Of a stretch of 64,000 nt of DNA, positions 52,228-64,000 are shown piece by piece. The position numbers and the translations under genes were made by a program. Numbering within the stretch: position 1 is the stretch's first letter; the number at the start of each line of letters is the position of its first letter. Below the pieces are notes generated by a model, which saw only the letters and a program-made list of their open reading frames with translations, was not told the origin of the DNA and searched no databases. The stretch comes from an uncultured Pseudomonadota bacterium (GTDB lineage: Bacteria > Myxococcota_A > Polyangia > Fen-1088): assembly GCA_963847705.1 (NCBI GenBank), contig CAWKBC010000030.1, positions 224,001 to 288,000 on the forward strand, given 5' to 3'.

Positions 52228-52887
52228 TCAGAACGGGATCGCCAGACCGAAATCGGCGCCGAGCGTGGTGTACTTCTGGTTGGCGCTCCCCGCCTTCCCG
52301 CTCAGGCCGACGTTGGCGACGGGCGCGAAGGTGATCGCGAGGTGGGGCGAAACGACGATCACCGCGGCGAGATCGATCGTCAAGCCGAGATAGCTATAGA
52401 TCGTCGAGTTGATGTAGGTGACGCCGGCTCGTGGCCAGACGCCCAGCCACGGGCCTATCATCGTCCCATATCCGACACGGGGGGCGACCTCGAAGGCGTT
52501 GGTGGAGCTGTCGCCGCCGGTGGTGCGAGAGAAGGCCAGAGCGGCGCCCGCGCTGACCGACTTCGTCACGAAGTAGTCGAACCCGAGCCGGGGCCAATCG
52601 TAGGGGTTGACCTGAACCCCCAGGAACGGACTGCCCAGGATGCTGAATGTGCTCTGGTTGGTGCCTGGTGACGGATGGTCCCAGGTGTAGCCGAACAAGC
52701 GCTCCACCGAGAGGACGAACTGGCCGCCGTCACCGAAGCCGGTCGGGACGGAGGGTGACGTCGTGGGGGCGGCCTCCGCCGCGGGCGAGCCTGGGGTCTC
52801 GAGCGTCTGTGCGCGCACCTCCGCCGCCGACAGTGCGACCGCCAGACTCAACGCGCCGTGCAACATCCATTTCTGGTTGCTGAGCAT
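52228..52887 (-). CDS. Outer-membrane beta-barrel protein
   Basis: Signal peptide (VRA-Q), SVERLFG, PRLGFDYF, PRVGY, WPRAGVTY, C-terminal Phe. Confidence 0.72.
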   Translation of the reverse strand: MLSNQKWMLHGALSLAVALSAAEVRAQTLETPGSPAAEAAPTTSPSVPTGFGDGGQFVLSVERLFGYTWDHPSPGTNQSTFSILGSPFLGVQVNPYDWPRLGFDYFVTKSVSAGAALAFSRTTGGDSSTNAFEVAPRVGYGTMIGPWLGVWPRAGVTYINSTIYSYLGLTIDLAAVIVVSPHLAITFAPVANVGLSGKAGSANQKYTTLGADFGLAIPF

Positions 52888-53057
52888 TCTTGGGTCCTTT
52901 CTTGTTCCGGGTTTGGTCGGGTTAGAGCCGGACGCCCGGGCAAACCATCGCCGAAAGGGGAGGTTAGTCAACAGTTTGTCGACGGGGACGGGCCGGGGCG
53001 TCGGTTGTCGGCGACGTTGCTGTCGGCGAGCTTCGCGGTCAAGATCGCGCCCCCCAC

Positions 53058-55760
<2,703 letters not shown>

Positions 55761-55859
55761 CCGCGGGCGACGAGCTCGATCGAAGTTCGGGGCCCTCAAA
55801 GGGTCCCGTGCCTCGCGTGAGGTCGAGCCGGCGGAGCCGTCTCGAGCTCACGCGATTGG

Positions 55860-56777
55860 CTAGATGCGGGCGACGAGCGCTTCGGACTCTTGCCAGAGCC
55901 GCGCCGCCAGCGTCATGTCGCCCGCGATCGGCGTCGTCTCCGAGGGGTTGCAGTCGGCGTAGTAGGCGCCGGTGACCTTGGCGACCGCCGGGCTGGCGGC
56001 GAGGTAGCACTGGGTGGCGGCGCCCTGGGCGGGCGTCTTCAAGATGAGCGGGGAGGCCATCTTCATCGCCAGCTGCGCCACGGCCGGGATGGTGCGGGTG
56101 ATCCCGGTGGAGATGACGCCGGGGTGGAGCGTGTTGGCGGTCTGCGTTCCGTTGCCGAGGCGGCGCGCCAGCTCCCGGGTGAACAGGATGTTGGCCAGCT
56201 TCGAGGCGCCGTAGGCCTTCATCGGCTCGTACCCACGCTCACCCGAGAGGTTGTCGAACTCGATCCCGGCCGCGGGCGCGCGGCGGTGCGCGTTGCTGGC
56301 GGTGACGACCACGCGGCCGGCCGCGGCCAGCCGGTCGAGCAGGCCGGTGATCAAGATGAAGTGCCCGATGTGGTTGGTGAAGAGGTGCAGCTCCCAGCCG
56401 AACTTTTGCTGAGGCTTCGGGATCGCCATCACCCCCGCGTTGGCGATGATCGCGTCAAGCGGCGCCGCGCCGGCCTTCACGGCGGCGACGCAGGCGCGCA
56501 CCGACGCCGGGTCGGAGAGCTCGCAGGCGAGCGGCAGGAAGTCGCCCTTGAGCCCGAGGCAGGCGTCGCGCGCCTTTTCCACCGTGCGGGCGGTGGCCAG
56601 CACGCGGGCGCCGCGCAGGGCCAGCGCCCGGATCGTCTCCAGGCCCAGCCCCGAGTTGCAGCCGGTGACCAGCACCGTCTTGCCAGTGAGGTCGCACCCG
56701 GCGGTCGCCTCTTCGGCGGTCGTGCCGTAACCGAGCCCGTTCGCCCCTTTACCCTTCAGCGCCGCGACGATCGACAT
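55860..56777 (-). CDS. Short-chain dehydrogenase/reductase (retinol dehydrogenase/WWOX-like)
   Basis: TGCNSGLG, ANAGVM, NHIGHF, YGASK (YxxxK), HPGVI. Confidence 0.92.
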   Translation of the reverse strand: MSIVAALKGKGANGLGYGTTAEEATAGCDLTGKTVLVTGCNSGLGLETIRALALRGARVLATARTVEKARDACLGLKGDFLPLACELSDPASVRACVAAVKAGAAPLDAIIANAGVMAIPKPQQKFGWELHLFTNHIGHFILITGLLDRLAAAGRVVVTASNAHRRAPAAGIEFDNLSGERGYEPMKAYGASKLANILFTRELARRLGNGTQTANTLHPGVISTGITRTIPAVAQLAMKMASPLILKTPAQGAATQCYLAASPAVAKVTGAYYADCNPSETTPIAGDMTLAARLWQESEALVARI

Positions 56778-56795
56778 GCGCCGTCAGATACCACA

Positions 56796-57851
56796 TCAGA
56801 AGAAGGTTCGGCGACCGAAGGATCGACGGGCCGCCAGCGGCCGGCGCGGCGGCGGAGCACTGTGGACGAGATTTCCCTCCACCATCACCGGCCCGAGATC
56901 GCCCAGCAATTCCAGACCACCCGTGTTGGCTCCCCCGGTTCCCTCGACCACCACGCTGAACTGGCTTCCGCGCCCGTCGTTGAAGGTGACGACCGTGTTG
57001 CGCGCCCCCGGCGTGATCTCGGGCTCGTCGCAGCAGACGTTGGAGACCAGCACGCCGTCGCCGGTCGCGTCGGCGGCGGGGTTGTCGGGGATGGTGACGC
57101 GGTTGCGCTCCACCAGCGTGTCGTCGGCGGCGAAGACGAAGATGCCGGCCATCGAGAAGGCGTCGAAGGCGTCCGGGATCGCGCCGGTCACCTCGTTGCC
57201 GACCACCACGTTCCGCTGGGGGCGGTTGATCGCCGCGCCCGGCCCCCCGGGCGCCGCCACGTCGTCGCGCGCGATCTGGATGACGATGCCGTCTCCGCCG
57301 GCGCACAGATCGCCGGTGCAATCGAACAGCGCCAGCCCCTCGATGCGGTTGCGGGCGATCAACCACCCGTCGCCGGCGGTGTTGGTGATCGCCTGGACGG
57401 TGCCGAGGAAGAGATTGTCGGTGACCCGCACGTCGTCGGCGAAGCGGGCGAAGACCCCCACCGCCAGGGGCTCGAGGTTGCTCTCGCTGATCCCGCTGCC
57501 GTCGAAGGTGAAGCCTTCGATGCGGGTGCCGCTGGCGGCGTTCGCGCCGTCCGTGCCCGGAAGGTAGAAGCCGGCCCGCAGCTCGTCGCCGATCGTCGGG
57601 CCCTCCGGGCATCCGACGATCGTCGGGCTCCCCTGGCCGATCAGCGTCAGTCTGGTGGTGATGGTGGCGCCGCAGTGGCTGCCCGGCGCCACCTCGATGA
57701 TGTCGCCGGCGTTCGAGGCGTCGACCGCGGCTTGAATCGTCCGGTAGCGCTCGGGGACGCGCCTGACCCGCGCGTACGAGGCCGAGGCGGCCGAGGTCAA
57801 CAAGCTGCACACCACCACGACGCCGATCCCGATCACCCGCGCTTGGACCAT
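56796..57851 (-). CDS. Secreted right-handed parallel beta-helix protein
   Basis: Signal peptide, VPERYRTIQAAVDAS..GDIIEVAPG, IEGFTF, repeated V..N.. rungs. Confidence 0.75.
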   Translation of the reverse strand: MVQARVIGIGVVVVCSLLTSAASASYARVRRVPERYRTIQAAVDASNAGDIIEVAPGSHCGATITTRLTLIGQGSPTIVGCPEGPTIGDELRAGFYLPGTDGANAASGTRIEGFTFDGSGISESNLEPLAVGVFARFADDVRVTDNLFLGTVQAITNTAGDGWLIARNRIEGLALFDCTGDLCAGGDGIVIQIARDDVAAPGGPGAAINRPQRNVVVGNEVTGAIPDAFDAFSMAGIFVFAADDTLVERNRVTIPDNPAADATGDGVLVSNVCCDEPEITPGARNTVVTFNDGRGSQFSVVVEGTGGANTGGLELLGDLGPVMVEGNLVHSAPPPRRPLAARRSFGRRTFF

Positions 57852-57911
57852 CTTGCCCTCCAGATGTTGTGGCGGGCCTCGAAGCCCGACCGAGCGCCAA
57901 TATAGCGCCGA

Positions 57912-59309
57912 TTACCCCGCGCGGCGTTTGAGCGCGTTTCCGGTGAACGTCGCCGCGAGATCCCAGATGGCGCTGGGGAAGCGGTGGGCGTCGGCGAGGA
58001 CGTCGTCGACGGCACGGAAGATCCAGTCCTCGTCGCGCTCGCTGAGGCAGAGCGGCGGCAACAGCTTGATGACGTACATGTCGTGCCCCGCGACCTGGCT
58101 CAAGATGCGGTGGCGGCTGAAGAGCGGCAGCACCACCATCTGGCAGTAGAGACCCTTGGTGGCCTTGTCGACCAGCGCCCAGGCGGCCCGCAGCTTGAGC
58201 GACTTCGGCGGCCCGAGCTCGAGCGCGATCATCATGCCGCGCCCGCGCACCTCGGCGAGCAGCTCGTAGCGGCCGCAGAGCTCCTTCAGGCGGCGGATCA
58301 GGCTTTCACCGCGGCGGGCGGCGTTCTCGATCAGCTTCTCGTCGTCGAGCACCTGCAGCGTGGCCAGGCCGGCGGCCATGGCCAGGTTGTTCTTCCCGAA
58401 CGTCGAGCCGTGCACCACCGCGCGATCCATCCGGTCGAAGGTCCTGTCGAAGATCCACCTCTTGCCGGCGACCGCGCCGACGGGCACGTAGCCGCCCGAG
58501 AGCGCCTTGGCGATCAGCACCAGATCGGGATCGACGCCCTCGCCCTGCGTGGCCAGGAACGTCCCGGTGCGGCCCAGCCCCGTCTGCACCTCGTCGGCCA
58601 CGAACAGGGTCCCGTGCCGGCGACAGAGGCGCGCCGCCTCGGCGAGATAACCGGGCGCCGGCAGGTTGACCCCCTTGCCCTGGATCGGCTCGACGATGAA
58701 CGCGGCCACGTCGCCCCGGCCAAGCGCCGCTTCGAGCGCCGGCAGATCGTTCCAGGGGACGCGCACGGCGTCGGCCAGCAGGGGCCCGAACCCTTCGCGG
58801 AAGATCGCGTCGCCGTTGAGCGACAGCGCGCCCATGGTCAGACCGTGGAAGGCGTGGTCGCAGAAGATCAGCTTGGCGCGTCGGGTCGCCTGGCGTGACA
58901 GCTTGATCGCCGCCTCGACCGCCTCGGTCCCCGAGTTGCAGAAGAAGACGCGCTCCTGGCCCGGCATGCGGGCGATGAGCTTCTCCGCCAGCATGCCGGC
59001 CAGCGGCGAGACGTCCATCTGCACCAGATCGGCCAGATCGCCGGCCAGCACCTCGGCGAGCGCGCGCTTCACCGTCGGATGATTGCGCCCGATGGCGAAC
59101 ACGCCGAAGCCGGAGAGGAGATCCAGATAGCGTTGCCCCTCCTTGTCATAGAGGTAGGCCCCCTCTGCGCGCACGTAGTGGCGATCGAACCCGATCGTCT
59201 TCAGCACCTGCACCATCTTGGGGTTCAGGTACTTCTCGTGGAGCGTGAACTTCTCTCCCGCGCGCGCCTCCAGCGCGTCGAGGATTCCGTCCTTGTCGTG
59301 GTCGCTCAC
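57912..59309 (-). CDS. hpnO: Class III aminotransferase, aminobacteriohopanetriol synthase
   Basis: DLLSGFG, NSGTEAVE, EPIQGKG, DEVQTGLGRTG, AKALSGG, VHGSTF; GTGA-coupled to hpnG in a hopanoid cluster. Confidence 0.85.
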   Translation of the reverse strand: MSDHDKDGILDALEARAGEKFTLHEKYLNPKMVQVLKTIGFDRHYVRAEGAYLYDKEGQRYLDLLSGFGVFAIGRNHPTVKRALAEVLAGDLADLVQMDVSPLAGMLAEKLIARMPGQERVFFCNSGTEAVEAAIKLSRQATRRAKLIFCDHAFHGLTMGALSLNGDAIFREGFGPLLADAVRVPWNDLPALEAALGRGDVAAFIVEPIQGKGVNLPAPGYLAEAARLCRRHGTLFVADEVQTGLGRTGTFLATQGEGVDPDLVLIAKALSGGYVPVGAVAGKRWIFDRTFDRMDRAVVHGSTFGKNNLAMAAGLATLQVLDDEKLIENAARRGESLIRRLKELCGRYELLAEVRGRGMMIALELGPPKSLKLRAAWALVDKATKGLYCQMVVLPLFSRHRILSQVAGHDMYVIKLLPPLCLSERDEDWIFRAVDDVLADAHRFPSAIWDLAATFTGNALKRRAG

Positions 59310-60061
59310 GCGGCCCCTCGCGCGGCCAGGCAGGCGGGCAGCGCCGCTTCGGCCGCGCGCGCCAACACCAGGGCGCACTCGGTGACGCGCTTGCGCAGCG
59401 CCAGCAGGACCGGCAAGGCGCCGGGATCGCCGAGGAGGCCCCGCAGCACCCGGCCGCGGCTGACCGCGCCGCCCGCGTCGAGGCTGCGGTTGAGCAGCGC
59501 CGGGAGCGCCTCGCCGGCGGTGTCACTCACCGCCCGCAGGACGATCCAGGGGATCCCCGCCCCGACGGCCCCGGCGACGTAGCTGGCGGACTCCAGGTCG
59601 ACCACCGCCAGACCCACGCCCGCCTGCCGCGCCAGCCGCCGCTTCTCGTCGACGCTGTCGGCGATCCGCCGCGCGCTCACGATCACCGCCGCGCGACCGC
59701 CGGTGGCCCGCGCCGTCGCCGCCACCGATTCGACGTCCGCCTCGCGCACGCGCCCCTCCTCGTCGGTCACACGGCTGGCGACGATCAGATCCGCGGTGGC
59801 CAGCTCGGGGCTGAGCGCCCCGGAGACGCCGATGACGACCAGCGCCCGCGCGCCCGAGGCCCCCAGCAAGGCGGCGACCCCCTCGCGGGCGTTGCGGGCG
59901 CCGTCGCCGGTGGTGGCCAGCGCCACCTCGTGCCCGCCCAATCGCCCGCGCTCGACGACCACCGAGCGGAGCGACGTGGGCTGCGCGCGCAGCGGCCCCG
60001 AGAGCCGCGCCCGCAGGGGCGCAAGCTCTTCCGGCATCGCCGCCACGATGGCGATCGTCAT
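59306..60061 (-). CDS. hpnG: Hopanoid-associated nucleoside phosphorylase
   Basis: AAMPEEL, IGVSGAL, VDLES, LRAVSD (PNP/MTAN fold); lies between hpnH and hpnO. Confidence 0.8.
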   Translation of the reverse strand: MTIAIVAAMPEELAPLRARLSGPLRAQPTSLRSVVVERGRLGGHEVALATTGDGARNAREGVAALLGASGARALVVIGVSGALSPELATADLIVASRVTDEEGRVREADVESVAATARATGGRAAVIVSARRIADSVDEKRRLARQAGVGLAVVDLESASYVAGAVGAGIPWIVLRAVSDTAGEALPALLNRSLDAGGAVSRGRVLRGLLGDPGALPVLLALRKRVTECALVLARAAEAALPACLAARGAA

Positions 60062-60070
60062 CCCCTGCGT

Positions 60071-61072
60071 CTACCCCAGGAAGTTCCAGGCCGCCATACG
60101 CAGCATGTCCTTCGGGCTCTTGCGCAGGCCTCGCACGGCCGAGGCCTCGAACCCGCTGTGCATCGCGCAGTTCTGACACTTCTCGTCCTGGCGCGACTCC
60201 CAGTAGGCCCAGTCGGTCTTGGTCCAGAACTCGGTCCAGTCCTGCACGTACTCGTCGCCGATGAGATAGCAGGGCTTCTTCCACCCCTTGGGCGTGAAGG
60301 TCACCGTGCTCCAGGGGGAGCAGTCGTACTCGCGCATGCCGGCCGCGAACTCCAGGTACATCGGCGTCGACTGCATCCGGTACTGCTTGGAGAGCTCCAG
60401 CACGCGCCGGAACTTCCGCTGGATCTCCTGCTTGGTCAGGAAGATGTCGGCCTTCACCGATTCGTAGTGGTAGCCGGGCGAGACCAGCAGCCCGTCGACG
60501 CCCAGGCTCTTGACCAGCTTGCAGAGCTCCTCGATCTCCTCGACCGACGTCTCCTTGAAGACGGTGGTGTTGGTGGTGACGTGGTAGCCGCGCCGCTTGG
60601 CCTCCTTGATCATCGCGATCGCCTTGTCGAACACGCCCTCGCGCGCGCAGACCTTGTCGTGGGTCTCCCGCATCCCGTCGAGGTGGACGTTGATGGTGAG
60701 CCGCTTGTGCGGCGCGATCTTGCCGAACACCTTGGTGTCCAGCACCAGCCCGTTGGTGCACAGGTAGATGTGCTTCTTGCGCTCGATGATCCCGGCCAGC
60801 AGCTCGGCCAGCTCCGGATAGAGCGTCGGCTCGCCGCCGCAGATCGACACCGTGGGGGCGCCGCACTCGTCGAGCGCGCGCAGGCAGGTCTCGACCGGGA
60901 GGCGATCCGACAGCTTGCCGGTGTGCCGCTCAGTCGAGCAGCCCACGCAGGCGAGGTTGCAGGTATAAAGCGGCTCCAGCATCAGAACCAGCGGGTAGCG
61001 CGTCTCGCCCGCCGCCGCCTTCCGGAGCTGGTAGCCGACCTGGTCTGTCGTTATATGAATCGGAAACCGCAT
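60071..61072 (-). CDS. hpnH: Radical SAM adenosylhopane synthase
   Basis: YPLVLMLEPLYTCNLACVGC, SICGGEP, YLCTN, VHLDG, SPGY.YE, CSPW, PCYL, CQNCAMHSGFE. Confidence 0.93.
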   Translation of the reverse strand: MRFPIHITTDQVGYQLRKAAAGETRYPLVLMLEPLYTCNLACVGCSTERHTGKLSDRLPVETCLRALDECGAPTVSICGGEPTLYPELAELLAGIIERKKHIYLCTNGLVLDTKVFGKIAPHKRLTINVHLDGMRETHDKVCAREGVFDKAIAMIKEAKRRGYHVTTNTTVFKETSVEEIEELCKLVKSLGVDGLLVSPGYHYESVKADIFLTKQEIQRKFRRVLELSKQYRMQSTPMYLEFAAGMREYDCSPWSTVTFTPKGWKKPCYLIGDEYVQDWTEFWTKTDWAYWESRQDEKCQNCAMHSGFEASAVRGLRKSPKDMLRMAAWNFLG

Positions 61073-61086
61073 GGCTCTCTCCTTAG

Positions 61087-63069
61087 ATGACTGACACTGT
61101 CGTTACAACGGGACCCGGACCAAAAGGACCAATCGGACAAAGTCTGCTGGTGCCCGCGCCGCCGCGCGCGCGCCTCGACGCCGCCGTGGCCGCCGCGCGC
61201 GACTGGCTCTGCGCGCGGCAGACCCCGGAGGGGTTCTGGCAGGGGGAGCTGGAAGGGGACACCACCCTGGAAAGCTACCTCATCTTGCTGGAAGCGTTCT
61301 TCAATCGACGCGAGACCGACAAGGTGCGCGATCTGGCCCGGGTCATCCGCGCCGAGGCGCTGCCGGGCGGCGGCTGGAGCCAGTATCAAGGAGGTCCGCC
61401 CGAGCTGTCGGTGTCGTGCCTCAGCTACTTCGCGCTGAAGGTGGCGGGCGAGTCGCCGGAGGCGCCGCACATGCGCGCCGCGCGCGCCGCCATCCGCGCG
61501 CTGGGTGGCGTCGGGCGCGCCAACACCTACACGCGCCACCACCTGGCGATGTTCGGGCAAGTCTCCTGGGAGAGCGTCCCGGCGATCCCGCCCGAGATGC
61601 TCTTCTTCCCGCGGCAGGCGCCGTTCTCCGTCTATGACCTGTCGGCCTGGTCGCGCACTATCTTCGTTCCACTCTCCATCATCTGGGCCGAAAAGCCGGT
61701 GATCGCGCTCCCCGCGTCCTGCGGCGTCCCGGAGCTCCTCGACGATGCGCGCGAGCTCGGCCGGGTCGATCCTCCGCCGGCCGCCGACTGGAAGACCGTC
61801 TTCCACGGCATCGACAAGCTGCTCAAGGTCGGCGAGCGGGTTCCCGGCGCCGGCCTGTTGCGCCGGCGGGCGGTCAAGGGCGCGGGCGCCTGGATGATCG
61901 AGCGGCTGGCCGAGTCCGACGGCCTCTCCGCCATCCTGCCGGCGATGGCCAACAGCGCGCTGGCGCTCAGCCTGCTCGGCTACAGCGAGAAGCATCCGCT
62001 GCTGGCCGAGGCGCTCGGCCACCTCGACGGGCTCTTGCTTCGGGACGAGGACGGCCTGCGCGTGCAGCCTTGCCTCTCGCCCGTCTGGGACACCGTGCTG
62101 GCGACGCATGCGCTCCTGCAAGGGTCGGTCGCGCCCGACGATCCCGCCGTCGCCCGCGCCGTGACCTGGCTGCTCGGCAAACAGACGCGGCGCCCGGGCG
62201 ACTGGGCCGTGCGCAACCCGGCGCCGCCCGGCGGCTGGTACTTCGAAGGGCGGAACGAGTTCTATCCCGACGTCGACGACACCTGCATGGCGCTCATGGT
62301 GCTGGCGCAGGCGCACGCCGGCGGCACGCCGGAGGCGCGCGCCGAGGCGATGCGGCGGGGCCTGGCCTGGATGATGGGGATGCAGAACGACGACGGCGGC
62401 TGGGCCAGCTTCGACCGCGGCAACGACAAGCACTGGCTGACGGCCGTGCCGTTCGCCGACCACAACGCCATGATCGATCCCAGCACCGCCGACATCACGG
62501 CGCGCGTGCTGGAGAGCCTCAGCCACTTCCCCGGGTACCTGTCCAACCTGGGCGTCGCCCATCCGGCCGTCACCCGCGCGCTCGGGTTCCTGCGTCGCGA
62601 TCAGACCACCGAGGGGTGCTGGTACGGCCGCTGGGGGGTCAACTACCTCTACGGCACCTGGCAGGTGTTGCGCGGCCTCGCCGCGATCGGCGAGGACCTG
62701 GAGGCGCCTTACGTGCGGCGGGCCGTTCGCTGGTTGCTCGGACGGCAGAACGACGACGGTGGCTGGGGCGAGAGCATCGCCAGCTACGACCAGCCGGGGC
62801 AAAAGGGGGTCGGCCCCTCGACGCCCAGCCAGACCGCCTGGGCGCTCATGGGGCTCATCGCGGCCGGCGAGACGGCCAGCGCAGCGGTGAAGCGCGGCGT
62901 CCTCCACCTCCTCGATCGGCAAACCTCGGACGGCACCTGGGAGCAGCTCCACTGGACCGGGACCGGCTTCCCCAAGGTTTTCTACCTGAACTACCATCAT
63001 TACCGGCACTACTTCCCGCTGATGGCGCTCTCGCAGTACCGCGCGGGCGTGACGGCCCCGGCCCCCTAG
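61087..63069 (+). CDS. shc: Squalene-hopene cyclase
   Basis: GFWQGELEGD, QPCLSPVWDT, YPDVDDT (DxDD), QW repeats (QNDDGGW), WYGRWGVNY, TGTGFPKVFYL. True start may be GTG 61150. Confidence 0.95.
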   Translation: MTDTVVTTGPGPKGPIGQSLLVPAPPRARLDAAVAAARDWLCARQTPEGFWQGELEGDTTLESYLILLEAFFNRRETDKVRDLARVIRAEALPGGGWSQYQGGPPELSVSCLSYFALKVAGESPEAPHMRAARAAIRALGGVGRANTYTRHHLAMFGQVSWESVPAIPPEMLFFPRQAPFSVYDLSAWSRTIFVPLSIIWAEKPVIALPASCGVPELLDDARELGRVDPPPAADWKTVFHGIDKLLKVGERVPGAGLLRRRAVKGAGAWMIERLAESDGLSAILPAMANSALALSLLGYSEKHPLLAEALGHLDGLLLRDEDGLRVQPCLSPVWDTVLATHALLQGSVAPDDPAVARAVTWLLGKQTRRPGDWAVRNPAPPGGWYFEGRNEFYPDVDDTCMALMVLAQAHAGGTPEARAEAMRRGLAWMMGMQNDDGGWASFDRGNDKHWLTAVPFADHNAMIDPSTADITARVLESLSHFPGYLSNLGVAHPAVTRALGFLRRDQTTEGCWYGRWGVNYLYGTWQVLRGLAAIGEDLEAPYVRRAVRWLLGRQNDDGGWGESIASYDQPGQKGVGPSTPSQTAWALMGLIAAGETASAAVKRGVLHLLDRQTSDGTWEQLHWTGTGFPKVFYLNYHHYRHYFPLMALSQYRAGVTAPAP

Positions 63070-63161
63070 GAGGACGTCGCTGCAAGGCGACGGGGAGCGG
63101 AGCGAACGCGGTCGACCACTCGGCCCGACGACCTGCCGCCCGATAGGCGGCCGCGCGCCGC

Positions 63162-63998
63162 TCACGCCTCCACGGGGAGCGGGCGCACGTTCGTCATTCC
63201 GCTGGCGATCTCGGCGGCGATCTTCACCACCGTCGTGCGCGTCAGCTTGGCGCCCAGCCCCTGGTCGCGAAGGATCTGCAGGTTGGCCGAGGCCAGCTTG
63301 CAGATGAACGCGTTGAAGGCGACCAGCCCCGCCTCCGCGCCGCCGTCGCGCAGGAGATCGACGTACGTGACAGCGGCGGCGAGATCTTTGCGTGCCAGCA
63401 CGAACACCTCGGCCAGCGGTGCCTGGCGCGGAAGGAACGTGCGCCCCTCGGCGGCGTCCGGGCGCGCGTCCTTCAAGATGTTCACCAGCTGCAGACCCTC
63501 GCCGAACTCGGCCGCGTGGCTTCGCAGCTCGGCCGCCACGCGGGCCAGCGAGGGCCTTCCGATCAGGAACAGCTCGGTCAGCATCTCGCCGACGATGCCC
63601 GCCACGGCGTAGCAATAGGATTTGAGATCCTGGATGGTGTCGAGCTGCAGCGTGCCGGCCGGCTCGATCCGGGCGACGAAGGCCGCCATCCCCTCGGCGC
63701 TGCGCGCGACGTGCGTCCGCAGGACGGCCTGCGCCTCCGGGCGAAGCGCCTGGTACTGCGCCAGCACGTACGGGGTGCGGGCCAGCAGCTCCTGATAGCC
63801 CGCGTGCTCGAGCGGCGGCTCGCGCGTCCAGCTCTCCGCCAGGGCTTGCGACTCGGCGGCCGGGCGGTCGAGGAGCGCGGCGAACTCTCGGAGCGCCTTC
63901 TGGCGCACCGCCGGGGTCCAGAGGACGGCATCCTCGAAGGTGTCGATGATGCGGAAAAGCAGATAGGCGATTCCGACCTCGTCGCGGGTCGGCTGCGG
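63162..63998 (-). CDS. Squalene/phytoene synthase family protein (single-enzyme squalene synthase type; 5' end outside window)
   Basis: Frame is open to the window edge: VGIAYLLFRIIDTFED, YCYAVAGIVGEMLT, GLQLVNILKD..D. Confidence 0.88.
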   Translation of the reverse strand, partial: PQPTRDEVGIAYLLFRIIDTFEDAVLWTPAVRQKALREFAALLDRPAAESQALAESWTREPPLEHAGYQELLARTPYVLAQYQALRPEAQAVLRTHVARSAEGMAAFVARIEPAGTLQLDTIQDLKSYCYAVAGIVGEMLTELFLIGRPSLARVAAELRSHAAEFGEGLQLVNILKDARPDAAEGRTFLPRQAPLAEVFVLARKDLAAAVTYVDLLRDGGAEAGLVAFNAFICKLASANLQILRDQGLGAKLTRTTVVKIAAEIASGMTNVRPLPVEA

Positions 63999-64000
63999 CA

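Noticed and set aside
52938-52965. GGGCAAACCATCGCCGAAAGG resembles the start of a c-di-GMP-I riboswitch
   Set aside because: The stem around GAAA pairs poorly, and the conserved GACGCAAAG and P3 elements are absent.
56796-56850. Twin-arginine-like RRSF/RRTFF at the end of the beta-helix protein
   Set aside because: It is at the C-terminus with no hydrophobic segment after it, and the protein already has an N-terminal signal peptide.

Overview
A very GC-rich, gene-dense bacterial window. It looks like Myxococcota (Polyangia-like), inferred from the Gly/Thr-linker lipoproteins, Cys-rich repeats and many two-component and sigma-54 elements. I found no rRNA, tRNA, CRISPR array or mobile element. 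In order, it contains: secreted clan GH-A hydrolases (one GH44-like, three GH30 lipoproteins); two sensor kinases with a stand-alone receiver; a ClC channel; DUF2911 and DUF1566 proteins; a divergent gene pair with two sigma-54 promoters; a degenerate macro domain; a CpxP/R/A-like trio; an ECF sigma/ChrR pair followed by a lipoprotein globin; 2-oxoacid:ferredoxin oxidoreductase with a GltD-like partner; a 1-Cys peroxiredoxin; a glycan locus (B12 radical SAM, methyltransferase, two O-antigen-ligase-like proteins, priming transferase, GT4, GT4-nucleotidyltransferase fusion, flippase, and an unannotated 48-aa lipopeptide); GH63; an SDR; and a hopanoid cluster (hpnO, hpnG, hpnH, shc, squalene synthase). 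The best candidate for an undescribed system is 43047-51432. There, a tightly coupled four-gene atypical phosphorelay (small H-box protein, sigma-54 activator with a five-Cys receiver insertion, large TPR sensor kinase, paralogous receiver) faces an SPFH + SH3-like operon with a clear -24/-12 promoter, a layout recalling pspF/pspA. All calls come from reading motifs by eye; no database searches were run.
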